Sequence record: AP025670.1 | DNA from: a plasmid | DNA length: 64,000 nt | Reading direction: 5' to 3' (one strand) | Shown here: positions 42,892 through 52,127 of the stretch, one piece after another | Layout: each line of letters opens with the position of its first letter | Numbering within the stretch: position 1 is the stretch's first letter | Program-made: the position numbers and the translations under genes | Notes under the pieces: model-generated | The model's database searches: none | Told to the model about the DNA's origin: nothing | The model's input: only the letters and a program-made list of their open reading frames with translations

Positions 42892-43254
42892 TTAGCGGTG
42901 TGCGTACTGGTTGTTCACCCTCTTTTTGTTGGTGCTTTTAGCGAGTTTCTTCCTGTATTTCACATGAGAATTTCGGGATATGCAGGTGATCAGCGTTGAT
43001 TGACATACAACAAATATAAACCAATTAGTGAAGAAATATTTTCTCTCTTCTTTGCACTCATAATACATTGACGTGACGCGCATAAACTCAGTGAGGATAA
43101 TATCCACCCCCCTCACCTCTTCGGTGAAGAGCTGCGCCTTTGATAATTCTTCCAGTAATCCATAGGTGCCACGGAAACCACGCTCTTTCCATCGTTCCTG
43201 AGCGTGCCGGGTAATGACGAGTGTATTGACATCGAGAAAGCTATTTTCGTGCAT
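42892..43254 (-). CDS. Hypothetical 120-aa protein, driven by a TTCGAC promoter module at about 43311.
   Basis: ORF track; promoter motif. Confidence 0.4.
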   Translation of the reverse strand: MHENSFLDVNTLVITRHAQERWKERGFRGTYGLLEELSKAQLFTEEVRGVDIILTEFMRVTSMYYECKEERKYFFTNWFIFVVCQSTLITCISRNSHVKYRKKLAKSTNKKRVNNQYAHR

Positions 43255-43406
43255 GAATGAACCCTCTTAACGTGTAGTAATGATTAAAAGGCTAACACCG
43301 CACGGAAAGGGGTCGAATAGGATATCGGTTAAAAAATATACAGTTAAGAGTTAAAGAAAAACCGCCGATTAAGCGGTCTTGTTTGGGTATCTTTAGGATA
43401 GGGAGT

Positions 43407-43685
43407 CTATGCCTTTTTTCGTTCTTCAATAACGAATTCAGCGGCACATACCAGCGTTTCATGAGTGATACCATAGTTAGCATCATGTGAGCTGATCGCA
43501 TGTTTCAGGGCATCACGAGCAATTTCATCACTAATCTCTTCATTGTTAAAATCTTGTACAGCAGCTTTGACATCATCGGAATGCCAGATAATTGTACCAA
43601 TCTGTTCATCTTGATTTTTGTATTGAGAAAGATGAGCGATGATTTCTTTAACTGTACCGTACATAGTGATCTCCTGATTTTTCAT
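43407..43685 (-). CDS. Hypothetical 92-aa acidic protein.
   Basis: ORF track; TTCGAC promoter module at about 43775. Confidence 0.45.
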   Translation of the reverse strand: MKNQEITMYGTVKEIIAHLSQYKNQDEQIGTIIWHSDDVKAAVQDFNNEEISDEIARDALKHAISSHDANYGITHETLVCAAEFVIEERKKA

Positions 43686-43855
43686 TTAGGACAGCGGTTG
43701 CGTTTAGCTCTGGCTGTCATTGATTGTTTGTATCAGTCTTGCTGATGTAGTTATTTTCCCACGGAGGTAAGGGCGGTCGAATAGTCAAAAGCAAAATAGT
43801 TTTATAAAAAAAAACCGCATTGGGCGGGCTTATTTTTGGTGCTGTAGGAATGTAG

Positions 43856-44368
43856 TCAGAAGGTTTTCATGACAGACCCACAGCACGGGCATATCTTGCT
43901 TTGTCCTTCCTCAGTTAATACCCTTAAAAGTATTTTTCTCAAAATCCCCCATAGGCACAGACGAACGAGAGTAATGGAGATTGCAAAGCATCCGCCGTAC
44001 CCTACCGCCGCGTTAGTGATAACAGAGTAGTATTCCTCCCCTATTACCTCTTTTGCCAGTGGCTCCGCTTTCAGGGCGTTAACAGTAACCATGTAAAAAA
44101 AGCGCAGGTGTTCGGCAAGGTACACAGCAGTAACAAAAATGATAATTGTTACCGTGGCCTGAACGAACACGAGCCGGTTAATGCCGTGGCGAAGTTCCAT
44201 TATCAGCGCCAGCATGAGCGATCCAGAAAAGGCCAACTCAAGCGGAAAGGGCTTTTGCAATCCTGAAAGGTAGATGGTCAGCTCATGAAAGAAAAGGGCG
44301 CAGCCTCCCGCGCTTAACCCCACCAGCAGAAAACCACGCCAATATGCTTTAAATGAAAAATTCTTCAT
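43856..44368 (-). CDS. Hypothetical polytopic membrane protein with a C-terminal CPCCGS motif, 170 aa.
   Basis: ORF track. Confidence 0.4.
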   Translation of the reverse strand: MKNFSFKAYWRGFLLVGLSAGGCALFFHELTIYLSGLQKPFPLELAFSGSLMLALIMELRHGINRLVFVQATVTIIIFVTAVYLAEHLRFFYMVTVNALKAEPLAKEVIGEEYYSVITNAAVGYGGCFAISITLVRLCLWGILRKILLRVLTEEGQSKICPCCGSVMKTF

Positions 44369-44378
44369 AGGCTCAGGC

Positions 44379-45029
44379 TCAATTGCTGAGAGAGTTAATC
44401 GTTACTTCGGGTTCATCGCCCAGTTCAATCATATTACCGAAGCCGTTCAGCAGGACAGGTCTGCCGTTCTGAATGGTGGCATGGGTTCGCCACCCTTCCC
44501 CGCCGTTCTCCCCCCAGCGGGCTAACCCCTCCGAGTCCATCTCTTGCTCACTGGCAAAGAAGGTTGCGCCGGGCAGCTTTTCAGCTGACAGATTAATGGT
44601 TGGATCAGCCAGCACACAGATACCGTTTTGCGTCATGAAGTACATGAGGCGTTCTGCCTTTTGCTCACAGCTGATAACAAAGCCGTTAGGCATGAGACGC
44701 GTTGTTTTGCTCGTGACGCAGATCAGATTATCCACCTTCTCACACCCTGCCATTAGCAGTATTTTCACATCAGCGGAAACATACACCTCGAGCAGCGCAG
44801 ACAGTACATCTGCTTGCTCAGGGATGTTGGCAGTAAGTGTTTTGGTTTTCCCGGCCACATCGGTATCGACAGAGGAATGGGTCATAATCTCTCTCAGTAC
44901 CACGCTGCCCGGCGATTCTGGGTCAATCCATGAATCGGACGGGTTAGGCCGTGACAGAGCGCTTATCCATGCTGAGGGAGCGTTACCGTCAAAAGTGAAG
45001 GTGAGGGTTGCCGTGCTATTAGAAGACAT
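44379..45029 (-). CDS. Hypothetical 216-aa protein.
   Basis: ORF track; TTCGAC-N17-GATAAT promoter at about 45129. Confidence 0.45.
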   Translation of the reverse strand: MSSNSTATLTFTFDGNAPSAWISALSRPNPSDSWIDPESPGSVVLREIMTHSSVDTDVAGKTKTLTANIPEQADVLSALLEVYVSADVKILLMAGCEKVDNLICVTSKTTRLMPNGFVISCEQKAERLMYFMTQNGICVLADPTINLSAEKLPGATFFASEQEMDSEGLARWGENGGEGWRTHATIQNGRPVLLNGFGNMIELGDEPEVTINSLSN

Positions 45030-45254
45030 AGTGATTTCCTCCAGTGTGGATGCTGCGAGCTATTACGATTAGCCTCGATATGATTACAAGGTGTTATGCG
45101 ATAAAAATTATCCCATGAGCACCATAGGGGTCGAAGATTTTGAGAGATGAAATTCGAAAGAGATTTACAGGATTTCAAGATGAAATCTAGCCTTGTTAAT
45201 CACTAAAATCAGTAACTTAAACGAAAAGTCATTACAGGATAATTAGAGATAAAA

Positions 45255-45282
45255 AAACCCGGATTAACCGGGTTTAGAAGGT
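45255..45282 (-). terminator. Rho-independent terminator of the par operon (CCCGGTTAATCCGGG + T7 on the minus strand).
   Basis: Stem-loop plus T-run immediately after the parB stop. Confidence 0.65.
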
Positions 45283-45299
45283 TTCCAAAATCAGACAGG

Positions 45300-46286
45300 T
45301 TAACTATCTTCTTCGATGACAGACCGGATAAACGCGTCAATTTTTTCATGGGCTTCTTTGCTGATGCGACTGAACTCATACGTAAACTTTCGCGCTCTGG
45401 TATCTGATTTTTTACGCGCGTATTTACGCTTATCGTCATACTCTTTTAGCGTTTCAAAAACAGGTTTTTCTATTACCGGCTTGTTTTCCAGCGTTGAGAA
45501 ATTGCTTTCAAAAAGCTTCATAACGCGTTCTTTGTAAAGGTCTGGTTGCAGGGACTCTTTTTCTAATTCTTTTGCTGCAAGAACGACATTCGCTACGAGG
45601 GTATCTATATCAATCTTTTTTTTCTCTGCCTGAATAGAAATATTCAGAAGAATTTTATAATCAGCGAATACCAGCAACGACTGAATAGGGAAAACAGAAA
45701 CCATCTTTTCGGGAACTGTTGCAGCCTGAATGGCACGGGAAACGGCAGCGGTAGACATGTTTTGCCGTTCCGCAATATCCTTCTGCGTTATACCCTGATC
45801 ACGCATAGCGATGAGAGTCATCCCTACTTCACGGATGTTATGCTCTTTTGCTGTCTGTATCTCAGCTGCGAGCTGGCGGGCTTCTTCGGCGGTCATCTCA
45901 CTTTTAGTGTACATAACCCGGAGGCCAACACCACAAAGTAATGCAGCTGCACGACGGCGTGACCCATCAAGGATTTCAATCCGCCCTTCCACCAGCCGAC
46001 CAATGGCAGGAAAGAACTGTTGGTTTTGCAGTGTACTGGTGATGTCTGCAAGGGATTCCTGTGTCAGAGCGTTTTGGTCACGCCCGTTAATTTTGGGGTC
46101 AACGTAGGTGCGAGTTTCAACCTGCTCGGCTGTGATAGTCTCAGTTTGAAACATAACCTTTCTGCCTGATTTCAGGACAAAGCGGAGACTCTCGCCAGAG
46201 GCAGCGGATAATGGAACGTTAATCCCGGAAAGAGGTGATTCGCTAAATGTTCTTCCGAGAACTTCTCTTGGTTTTTTCTGGGTCAT
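45300..46286 (-). CDS. parB: Partition protein ParB/SopB family (centromere-binding), 328 aa.
   Basis: ParB-box-like 'GRLVEGRIEILDGSRRRAA', HTH 'ITQKDIAERQNMSTAAVSRA'. Start overlaps the parA stop. Confidence 0.8.
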   Translation of the reverse strand: MTQKKPREVLGRTFSESPLSGINVPLSAASGESLRFVLKSGRKVMFQTETITAEQVETRTYVDPKINGRDQNALTQESLADITSTLQNQQFFPAIGRLVEGRIEILDGSRRRAAALLCGVGLRVMYTKSEMTAEEARQLAAEIQTAKEHNIREVGMTLIAMRDQGITQKDIAERQNMSTAAVSRAIQAATVPEKMVSVFPIQSLLVFADYKILLNISIQAEKKKIDIDTLVANVVLAAKELEKESLQPDLYKERVMKLFESNFSTLENKPVIEKPVFETLKEYDDKRKYARKKSDTRARKFTYEFSRISKEAHEKIDAFIRSVIEEDS

Positions 46287-47488
46287 GCGGCACCCCTCAA
46301 TAGCTCAATACGGTCAAACACGGCACGGGAAAAGTCCTCAGCTGCAACACGGGCGGCTCTTAGTGCATCCTGACTGCCTGCATACGTTTGAGGGTTCGCG
46401 CTGATTACGGTGTCAAATGATTCTCCGCAGCGTTCAAACCCCTCCAGACGAGGGAGTGTGGCATCGAGCATATCCGCGCCAAAAACATCTCTCGCAAAAC
46501 TATGTGTCTTTTTGTGGTCATCTTTATTTGAGACTTTCGACATATAGCCGACATTGGCGATAATTTTGCTTGGTAAACCGGAGTCCTCCAGCATCTGAAT
46601 CAGCTCAGGCAGTCGAGTGAGGTATTTCAGTGTTGAGTGGAAATCCACTTGCGGAGGCGGTACAGGGGTCATCAGCATGTGACTTGCCGCTAAAGTATTA
46701 ATCAGGAACGGATCTAAATGAGGGCCGGTATCCACAAAAATGAAATCGTAGTCGTCGCTGATTTTGTCGATGATATTCTCATTTAGAACGTTGTGCTCGT
46801 TCATGCCCGGAAGGTACTGGCTGCATAGAGATGACCAGCGAGAGGCGATAAACGCATCTTCTATTGATGCAGGGATGATATCAACGCCCGGCACGATAGA
46901 AGGCTTAACGAACTCATTCAGAATTTCTTCACGGGTCAGGTCTTTATTGAGCATGGCCTGAGCACTGGAATTATCGACAGTACCGATACTATGGTGATGG
47001 TTCAGGAACATGGTTGAGGACGATTGAGGGTCGAGGTCAATAACAAGGATGCGCAAGTTTTCATGCAGCAAGGTGGGATGGGTACGCATACCATGCGCCA
47101 TCGTCACGGTGGATACGGTTTTTGAAACCCCGCCTTTCAGGTTAACAACAAAAATAACGAACGCTTTTCCGCGCTTTTCCCGGTAGGTTTTTATACCCCG
47201 GTGCGCATAGATATCGCTGATGTTCTGAATGGTCATAGCATACTGAGTGGCAACGCCCCCATGACGTTTTCCGAACTGATAACCATTTGCCTCCATTTCC
47301 TCAACGGCATTATCTACAGCGCGTTTGGTCAGGTGCGGCATTTTTACGACGGCGGCTTTTGAATACGTTTTATAGAACTCCGTCTGGTCAAGCTCATCCC
47401 TTTTAGATTGGATCTGGTCGGTGAGCCAGTTAAGCATGATGCTGGCACGCTTACCCGTGTCCAACAATCTGTCAAAATTATCTGACAT
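46283..47488 (-). CDS. parA: Partition ATPase ParA/SopA (type Ia, long N-terminal HTH extension).
   Basis: Deviant Walker A 'NLKGGVSKTVSTVTMA'. The internal Met (MSDNF) with a GGGG RBS is preferred. Confidence 0.85.
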   Translation of the reverse strand: MSDNFDRLLDTGKRASIMLNWLTDQIQSKRDELDQTEFYKTYSKAAVVKMPHLTKRAVDNAVEEMEANGYQFGKRHGGVATQYAMTIQNISDIYAHRGIKTYREKRGKAFVIFVVNLKGGVSKTVSTVTMAHGMRTHPTLLHENLRILVIDLDPQSSSTMFLNHHHSIGTVDNSSAQAMLNKDLTREEILNEFVKPSIVPGVDIIPASIEDAFIASRWSSLCSQYLPGMNEHNVLNENIIDKISDDYDFIFVDTGPHLDPFLINTLAASHMLMTPVPPPQVDFHSTLKYLTRLPELIQMLEDSGLPSKIIANVGYMSKVSNKDDHKKTHSFARDVFGADMLDATLPRLEGFERCGESFDTVISANPQTYAGSQDALRAARVAAEDFSRAVFDRIELLRGAA

Positions 47489-47587
47489 ATGAACCCCTTT
47501 GATGTGTTGTTTTTTTAGGATTATATCAGAAATATCGACACGTTCTAGTTTTTGCAAAACTACAAACAACATCATACGCAGGAAAAA

Positions 47588-47735
47588 CGGTCATTCAGAT
47601 GTTATACAACCATCATTAGAGGCTTATATAACATCTATTTAAGTGTCATTTGAATGTCATTTGAGTGTCATTAAAGGGTGATATGAGCTTTGTTTGACTG
47701 TCATTCGGATGTCAATTAGACGTCATTCAGACGCA
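47588..47735. repeat. Seven copies of heptamer GTCATT(C/T) in direct orientation upstream of parA. Putative par operator or centromere-like site.
   Basis: GTCATTCAGATG, GTCATTTGAATG, GTCATTTGAGTG, GTCATTAAAGG, GTCATTCGGATG, GTCAATTAGACG, GTCATTCAGACG. Confidence 0.5.
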
Positions 47736-47883
47736 AAATCGAACATCCGTTAAGTGCTATTGATAAGCAAACCATGAGTAATGGTATGATTTTGTTTGCT
47801 ATTTGTTGTGATATGTTCTTTCTGTGTGCTGCTACTTCTATCCCTTGCCTTTCTGGTAAAACTGATATTTTAAGGCGTAGCAT

Positions 47884-48207
47884 TCACGCCTGAAAGAATG
47901 CTTTCTTTAAGAACAGGTAAAAACGTCCACCAGCATCAAACATGCACAGATTTTCTTCAATGAATTTTTCAACTTTTTCCGTTGGTGCGGTCTGATAATG
48001 ACGGATCAGACGCAGCTTATTTGAGAGCGCACGTATGCGGTTTGGGTTATGGCTGATGCGAGAATGAATACTGCTGGTTGCAGCACAGGACACCGCGAGA
48101 GCCAATTCGGTCTTATAGGCAGCTGCTTCACAGGCGACAACCTGAGTACGGGCAGTAGCCTTTGCTGAGGGGCTGAGGTCTTGATAGTAATTAAGTGTAT
48201 CAATCAT
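47884..48207 (-). CDS. Hypothetical 107-aa protein.
   Basis: ORF track. Confidence 0.4.
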   Translation of the reverse strand: MIDTLNYYQDLSPSAKATARTQVVACEAAAYKTELALAVSCAATSSIHSRISHNPNRIRALSNKLRLIRHYQTAPTEKVEKFIEENLCMFDAGGRFYLFLKKAFFQA

Positions 48208-48379
48208 TATTTATTTTTCCTTAACCAGAAACCATGTTGTGACAATCCACTCGGGTATTGCATTTTTTCTTGGATTGATTTTATCACTGGCAAAGAGATG
48301 CCGAAGCGAACAGGGGGATAGAGTGCTTAACAGAGATGGCTGTATGCGTTGTGATGTGACCGGGGATATGTTCAGGCAC

Positions 48380-48503
48380 AAAAAAACCCGATACGGGATC
48401 GGGTTAATTTGTCTCTAAATGAGAGGGATAAAATTATTTCATCTGCAATGTACTGGTGAGGTAATTGCTGATGTTTACTACGTACTGTCAGTACCTGCCA
48501 ACT
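48380..48503 (-). ncRNA. Candidate antisense sRNA (about 120 nt). Minus-strand promoter -35 TTGACA (48534-48539) and -10 TAATCT (48510-48515), with a terminator CCCGATCCCGTATCGGG + T7 at 48380-48403. Its 5' end is complementary to 48695-48713 in the opposite-strand mRNA 5'UTR.
   Basis: Promoter and terminator read from the sequence; 18/19 complementarity to the downstream target. Confidence 0.3.
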
Positions 48504-48787
48504 GATTAAAGATTACCCCCTTATCGTTATTTATGTCAACCGAAATACTTCGAGGGGGGAGCGGGCAAGGTATAATATTCTCAGTAGGCAGATTGTGTAT
48601 CTGCGGTATGTCTCAGGTTTGATGGGTTACGACGCAGGTTTCCATCCCGATCAGAAACAGGTGGTGCTGTCTGATTTGCTTCAACCTGAGAGTGCTGTCA
48701 GTTCCTGCCAACTACAGGTGCGCGGGGTGATGGGAAACCCAAAAGCAATCGCTCCGATGGCACACTCTCCATCAAAGGAGAGAACGA

Positions 48788-48883
48788 GTGGTAACTCTGG
48801 CAACTATCCTGCTGGTTTTGCAGATTGTGCATATCAGCTTGCAGATTATCGTTGTGATCAAGCAACTGACCCGTAGCCGGTAG
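48788..48883 (+). CDS. Candidate type I toxin: 31-aa hydrophobic peptide (M)VTLATILLVLQIVHISLQIIVVIKQLTRSR with a GTG start, at the 3' end of a promoter-to-terminator transcript (-10 TATAAT 48571-48576; terminator 48909-48937).
   Basis: AAGGAG 7 nt upstream of the GTG. Single TM-like helix with a basic C-terminus, a long structured 5'UTR and an intrinsic terminator. Confidence 0.3.
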   Translation: MVTLATILLVLQIVHISLQIIVVIKQLTRSR

Positions 48884-48908
48884 TGATGGTGAAGGGAACT
48901 TGAAACAA

Positions 48909-48937
48909 GGCAGAGGCTGACCCCCTCTGCCTTTTTC
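48909..48937 (+). terminator. Rho-independent terminator (GGCAGAGGctgacccCCTCTGCC + T5), also positioned at the psiA 3' end.
   Basis: Stem-loop plus T-run. Confidence 0.55.
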
Positions 48938-48938
48938 G

Positions 48939-49661
48939 TTATGCCGGTAGTGCCAGAGGAAGGGCTGAGCGACACAGGCACAGGTCGCGCTCGCTAGATG
49001 TGCTTATCACGTAATCCAGTTCATTAAGCAGGTCATACAGGGTATCGCACCAGCGCCAGTCTGTAGGGGCAGAAGCAATCCAGAATGCACCCCACCAGCG
49101 AACCAGTATATTTCTAAGTTCCCAGTCACTGACACCAGCCATTTCTAATTCGTCTCGCCAGTGAGCCAGCCACGCCTTATGTTCCCCCGGCAGGCAAAAT
49201 TGCAAACCTACCCATACCGCACTTTGGGCATTTTCAGACGCAGACATTTCTTCGCGTTTTTGTTTTTGCTCGCGGCGGGCACTCCGGGCAGTGGCGATTT
49301 TCTCCCGATGACTTATTCGCTGATGCTCACCAGACTGGACAGCCGGGAACATAGCAGTGATAACCGCTTTTGACAGGGGGATGATCCACGTTTTCCCCCT
49401 GCTTTCTATTATCGTGTCGATAGCCCGTATGTAGTCGGTCTTTGTGGCTTCTCCCCGGTAGCTGGGGTTATATGCCGGGTCAACCTGTCGCACATGAGCG
49501 GACGTGATCCCCGCCTTCCCCGTGAACTCACGGAAAAAGGCTTTTGCATAGGGATATTCGCCTAGTGAACGCCCGGCTTCTGTCCGGGCTTCAATGTAGG
49601 CAATGGCAGACATGGCGCACTGCTGGAGTCGGTTTAGAGGTACAAGCGCGGTGGAAGCCAT
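48939..49661 (-). CDS. psiA: PsiA-like protein (plasmid SOS inhibition protein A family), 240 aa.
   Basis: Family assignment from recalled PsiA features (about 239 aa, leading-region context). Paralogue of 35420..36151. Confidence 0.5.
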   Translation of the reverse strand: MASTALVPLNRLQQCAMSAIAYIEARTEAGRSLGEYPYAKAFFREFTGKAGITSAHVRQVDPAYNPSYRGEATKTDYIRAIDTIIESRGKTWIIPLSKAVITAMFPAVQSGEHQRISHREKIATARSARREQKQKREEMSASENAQSAVWVGLQFCLPGEHKAWLAHWRDELEMAGVSDWELRNILVRWWGAFWIASAPTDWRWCDTLYDLLNELDYVISTSSERDLCLCRSALPLALPA

Positions 49662-50176
49662 TACGACACCACTGATTCATTTTTGCGGTTAGCAGTGGCA
49701 GATTCCCCGCGCCCTGCTCTGCCGGGCGGAACGTCTGTGGCAAGATGCCCGTGACCTGAGCGCGAAAGCAGTTCCAGAAAGTCAGTGTCAAACGTCGTGT
49801 CTACTCGGATATTTGTTAAAAACTCCAGACGGAAAGTTTCGTTCTTATAATCGCCCGCACATAAAAACCCGCCTTCCTGTATCAAGAATCTTGTCTGGCA
49901 ATTCAGGTCTTGCTGTCCCTCAATGAACAAGGACAGATCCGAAGGGATGTAGACAGGAAGCCCGAGCCACTCAGAAACAAAGCAGCGCCCTTTCAGCCCA
50001 TAGGTATTGTGTGGTCTGTAGAAGAACGGGAATAGCTTTTGTACTAACTCGCCGGTACGCGGGTCGTTAAATGTCAGGAACACACCAAAAGGCCCGGATT
50101 TAAGTACCTCGATAGCCTCCAGCATTGTCAGGGATACAACGTGCTGAGGATAATTCAGGCGGATGGTGTTAGTCAT
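49661..50176 (-). CDS. Hypothetical 171-aa protein in the psiB position (ATGA overlap with psiA). No recognisable PsiB similarity.
   Basis: Operon position only. Confidence 0.35.
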   Translation of the reverse strand: MTNTIRLNYPQHVVSLTMLEAIEVLKSGPFGVFLTFNDPRTGELVQKLFPFFYRPHNTYGLKGRCFVSEWLGLPVYIPSDLSLFIEGQQDLNCQTRFLIQEGGFLCAGDYKNETFRLEFLTNIRVDTTFDTDFLELLSRSGHGHLATDVPPGRAGRGESATANRKNESVVS

Positions 50177-50447
50177 TGCTGATGTGCTCCTGAGTGGTGT
50201 AACTCTTTTTTTCGCCGGGGATTGTATCGAGCTTGTTTAGCTCTGCATCGTAGATAATCGCATCACCGGTCGCTGATTCGTGACTACTGATAAGGCTGTA
50301 GCCGACCGTCTGTAACTCTTCGTACCGATAGTCAGCTATATGCTGTGAGTAGGCTGTTCCCCACGAACTATTGTTGCGCTCTTCAAAGCGTGAGGCGCGG
50401 TAGTGCTGTTTTAGAAATTCGTAATGCTGTTCTGGCGTAACCATCAT
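50169..50447 (-). CDS. Hypothetical 92-aa protein.
   Basis: ORF track; TTCGAC-N17-GATAAT promoter at about 50509. Confidence 0.4.
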   Translation of the reverse strand: MMVTPEQHYEFLKQHYRASRFEERNNSSWGTAYSQHIADYRYEELQTVGYSLISSHESATGDAIIYDAELNKLDTIPGEKKSYTTQEHISND

Positions 50448-50521
50448 TCCCCCCGGAGATGTCTGTTTTATCTGAGATGAATTATCTCACGGGGGTAAAG
50501 GGGGTCGAATAGAGAGGGGAG

Positions 50522-50947
50522 TTAAAAAATCATGACGGGCAAATCTGGATCAGCGACAAACATCTCAACGACGAGTTTCATTGCATCCTCACGCACAGGA
50601 CACCACGGCGTATCTGTCGGGGTAATGTAGTATTCAGGCTTCCCATCATCTGACCACAGGATGTGCTCGATATGCGCGGTCGTGTAATGATTCTGGTATG
50701 TGCCGAAGCAATGGACGTGATCCCCGACTTTAAATTTTGTTTCTGTCCCTGCTGGTGGGAATTGAGCAAGCACAAGATTATTAGCGGGATACCACTCATC
50801 ATCACAGTCAGCCCGCGTCACCCGGTACATATCAAGCCCATTTTCCTGAACTATCTCTACAACTGTTTTCAGGCCATAGCAACGGCCAACATAACGCTCT
50901 CTCAGGTAACAAAAGACCAGACTGCCTATCTCTATTTTCTCGTTCAT
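50522..50947 (-). CDS. Hypothetical 141-aa protein.
   Basis: ORF track; promoter module at about 51011. Confidence 0.45.
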   Translation of the reverse strand: MNEKIEIGSLVFCYLRERYVGRCYGLKTVVEIVQENGLDMYRVTRADCDDEWYPANNLVLAQFPPAGTETKFKVGDHVHCFGTYQNHYTTAHIEHILWSDDGKPEYYITPTDTPWCPVREDAMKLVVEMFVADPDLPVMIF

Positions 50948-51044
50948 TCACCCTTCCTTCTCTGCTTGTTCTGTTACAACAGATTATCTCATCCAAAGTA
51001 AGGGGGTCGAACAGGTGAAGGGATCATAAACAGAAAGTTAAAGT

Positions 51045-51740
51045 TCAGTCTTCAAAGCGACGAACGTATTCAGGACAATCCCAGTGAGCGCATCCGTCGA
51101 AATCATAGGGATTTAATTGCCAGTGGATTTTGCCACATCCCGGACAGTTCCATCGAACCTTACCCGTGAAGTTCGCTTTGCGGCGATTCTCACGCTTTAA
51201 CCACCCCGGCATAACCAACCCTTTAGACTGAATCATCGTCCGGCGGTTAAGGGCATCCACCGCAAACGTCCGGCGCTTAACGACATCTGCAACGGTAAAG
51301 GGTAGCCAGATAGTATCATCGCGGCTCAGGTCAGGCTTACTGTAGATTTTGGCGCGTTCAAAGTCTGTTACTGGGGCACCATCAGCACACAACCAGTACA
51401 GGTCATTACCATCCCAGCGGGATTTTTTAAAGCCAACATATTGCTCGCATCCTTCCACCAGCATTGTTTCAGCCGGGACGTTCTGGCAATCAACGTGATA
51501 AACAGAAAGGGCGCTTATACAGTGCAGGGATACGGGTAAATCAAACGAGCGGGCATGATCCCAATACTTCTGCGCCTCTTCCTTAGTGAACGTGTGCGCT
51601 TTATCAATATTAGTGGTGTAACCTGCGCCATCAACACAATGAAACGACATATTGCTGCCCACGGTGTCTCGCAGCGAAGCCATTAAAAACGTATGGTTGC
51701 CCATTTCCCCATCCTTACATTTGTTCTGAATTTGAGTCAT
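51045..51740 (-). CDS. Hypothetical 231-aa protein with a C-terminal zinc ribbon (CPGCGKIHW...CAHWDCPEY).
   Basis: ORF track; promoter module at about 51771. Confidence 0.45.
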   Translation of the reverse strand: MTQIQNKCKDGEMGNHTFLMASLRDTVGSNMSFHCVDGAGYTTNIDKAHTFTKEEAQKYWDHARSFDLPVSLHCISALSVYHVDCQNVPAETMLVEGCEQYVGFKKSRWDGNDLYWLCADGAPVTDFERAKIYSKPDLSRDDTIWLPFTVADVVKRRTFAVDALNRRTMIQSKGLVMPGWLKRENRRKANFTGKVRWNCPGCGKIHWQLNPYDFDGCAHWDCPEYVRRFED

Positions 51741-52127
51741 TGATTATGGCATCCGTTGATAACGGGTCGAAGACGCTAAACGATAAAAGACTCATCGCAA
51801 TGATTCTTGGAACCCTAAAGGGGTGGCGGTCGCGTCAACCTTTTCCCCGAAAATTAAACCCCCCGACCGGGAAACAACCGACCTCGCCACTTGGCGCAGG
51901 TCAAAAGAAAAATAAAAGGGTAATGTTTTTGTTCCCATTACCCTGAACGATCAGCGTCGTGGACGCGTGTCGTTGTCCCATGCCGAAGGTTATCACCTCG
52001 GCTATGAGAACATCGTTATCACGACATTGCTACGCACTTTCGGAATGACACAATCTCGCTTTTAAAAGGCAAAAAAAAACAGAACGCTTTGCCCTGTTTT
52101 TGCATTTATTTCTGACGGGTGTTTTTC

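Noticed and set aside
48595-48876. A 93-aa plus-strand ORF in the psiA-parA intergenic region.
   Set aside because: It has no RBS and its composition is odd. The region is better explained as the structured 5'UTR plus 31-codon ORF of a candidate type I toxin transcript in another frame.
49661-50176. Calling the gene upstream of psiA 'psiB'.
   Set aside because: It occupies the psiB position with an ATGA overlap, but I see no recognisable similarity to PsiB (about 144 aa), so only a positional note is given.
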